A stretch of DNA of 26,662 bases from Promethearchaeota archaeon (GTDB lineage Archaea; Asgardarchaeota; Lokiarchaeia; Sigyniarchaeales; SOKP01): the NCBI GenBank assembly GCA_019057795.1, contig JAHLWS010000086.1, positions 1 through 26,662 of the forward strand, in the 5' to 3' direction. Shown one piece after another: positions 26,397 through 26,662 of this stretch. Below the pieces are notes generated by a model. That model was given only the letters and a program-made list of their open reading frames with translations, was not told the origin of the DNA and did no database searches. Made by a program: the position numbers and the translations under genes. Each line of letters starts with the position of its first letter. Within the stretch, counting starts at the first letter, position 1.

Positions 26397-26591
26397 TTAA
26401 CAAATGCTAATTAATTCTTCTAACTTCCGATATACTTTTTCCGTTTCATCCCTCATACAAAAGTTGCGAAAATCGTCCTGTCTGGGGAGCTCGTCAATTT
26501 CCAGCCCTTTGGCCTTTGCTAAAGGGCTTTTTCATTTTTTTTAAATTATTTTTATAAAAATGAAGGATTTTTAAAAGTTATGTCGTATACT
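26397..26591. repeat. att-like scar E plus terminator and promoter
   Basis: Minus strand ELPRQDDFRNFCMRDETEKVYRKLEELISIC*; plus strand TCCTGTCTGGGGAGC; AGCCCTTTGGC/GCTAAAGGGCT-T run; AGGA-N14-GTCGTA. Confidence 0.8.
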
Positions 26592-26662
26592 TGATATATA
26601 ATACGTGAAATATTTCACTTAAATAAATATTTTATATTTTATAATTTTGAATAAACTTAATA

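Noticed and set aside
20490-26495. Intact tRNA genes at the GGGGAGCCA sites
   Set aside because: Only the last 9-17 nt resemble a tRNA; no TTCGA T-loop, anticodon arm or D arm

Overview
AT-rich bacterial window that reads as a decayed, mosaic genomic island. Left to right: (1) 1-2310, small hypothetical and pseudo-genes. (2) 2443-4200, deletion-scarred remnants: a YheO-type PAS regulator joined to a truncated YhaM/CyuA-type desulfidase, a fumC 5' fragment and an IS256 fragment. (3) A visibly higher-GC TRAP transporter operon. (4) A 4.5-kb amino-acid catabolism block bracketed by two identical 122-bp IS200/IS605-type miniature elements. (5) About 12.4-20.5 kb, a compact virus-like or satellite-like element: a Prim-Pol replication gene, a 2.4-kb ORF-free region of repeated covarying hairpin modules, two repeat-flanked cargo slots, a DUF1659-DUF2922 pair with strong RBSs, and holin, M15 endolysin and YvrJ genes. 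It has no recognisable capsid, terminase or integrase. (6) 20.4-26.6 kb, an array of at least five tRNA-Asn-3'-end-like att scars. Each overlaps a short antisense recombinase-like C-terminal tail, and most are followed by the same terminator and AGGA-N14-GTCGTA promoter ahead of a different cargo gene. Items 5 and 6 are the candidate undescribed systems. Family assignments come from motif recognition by eye, not database searches.
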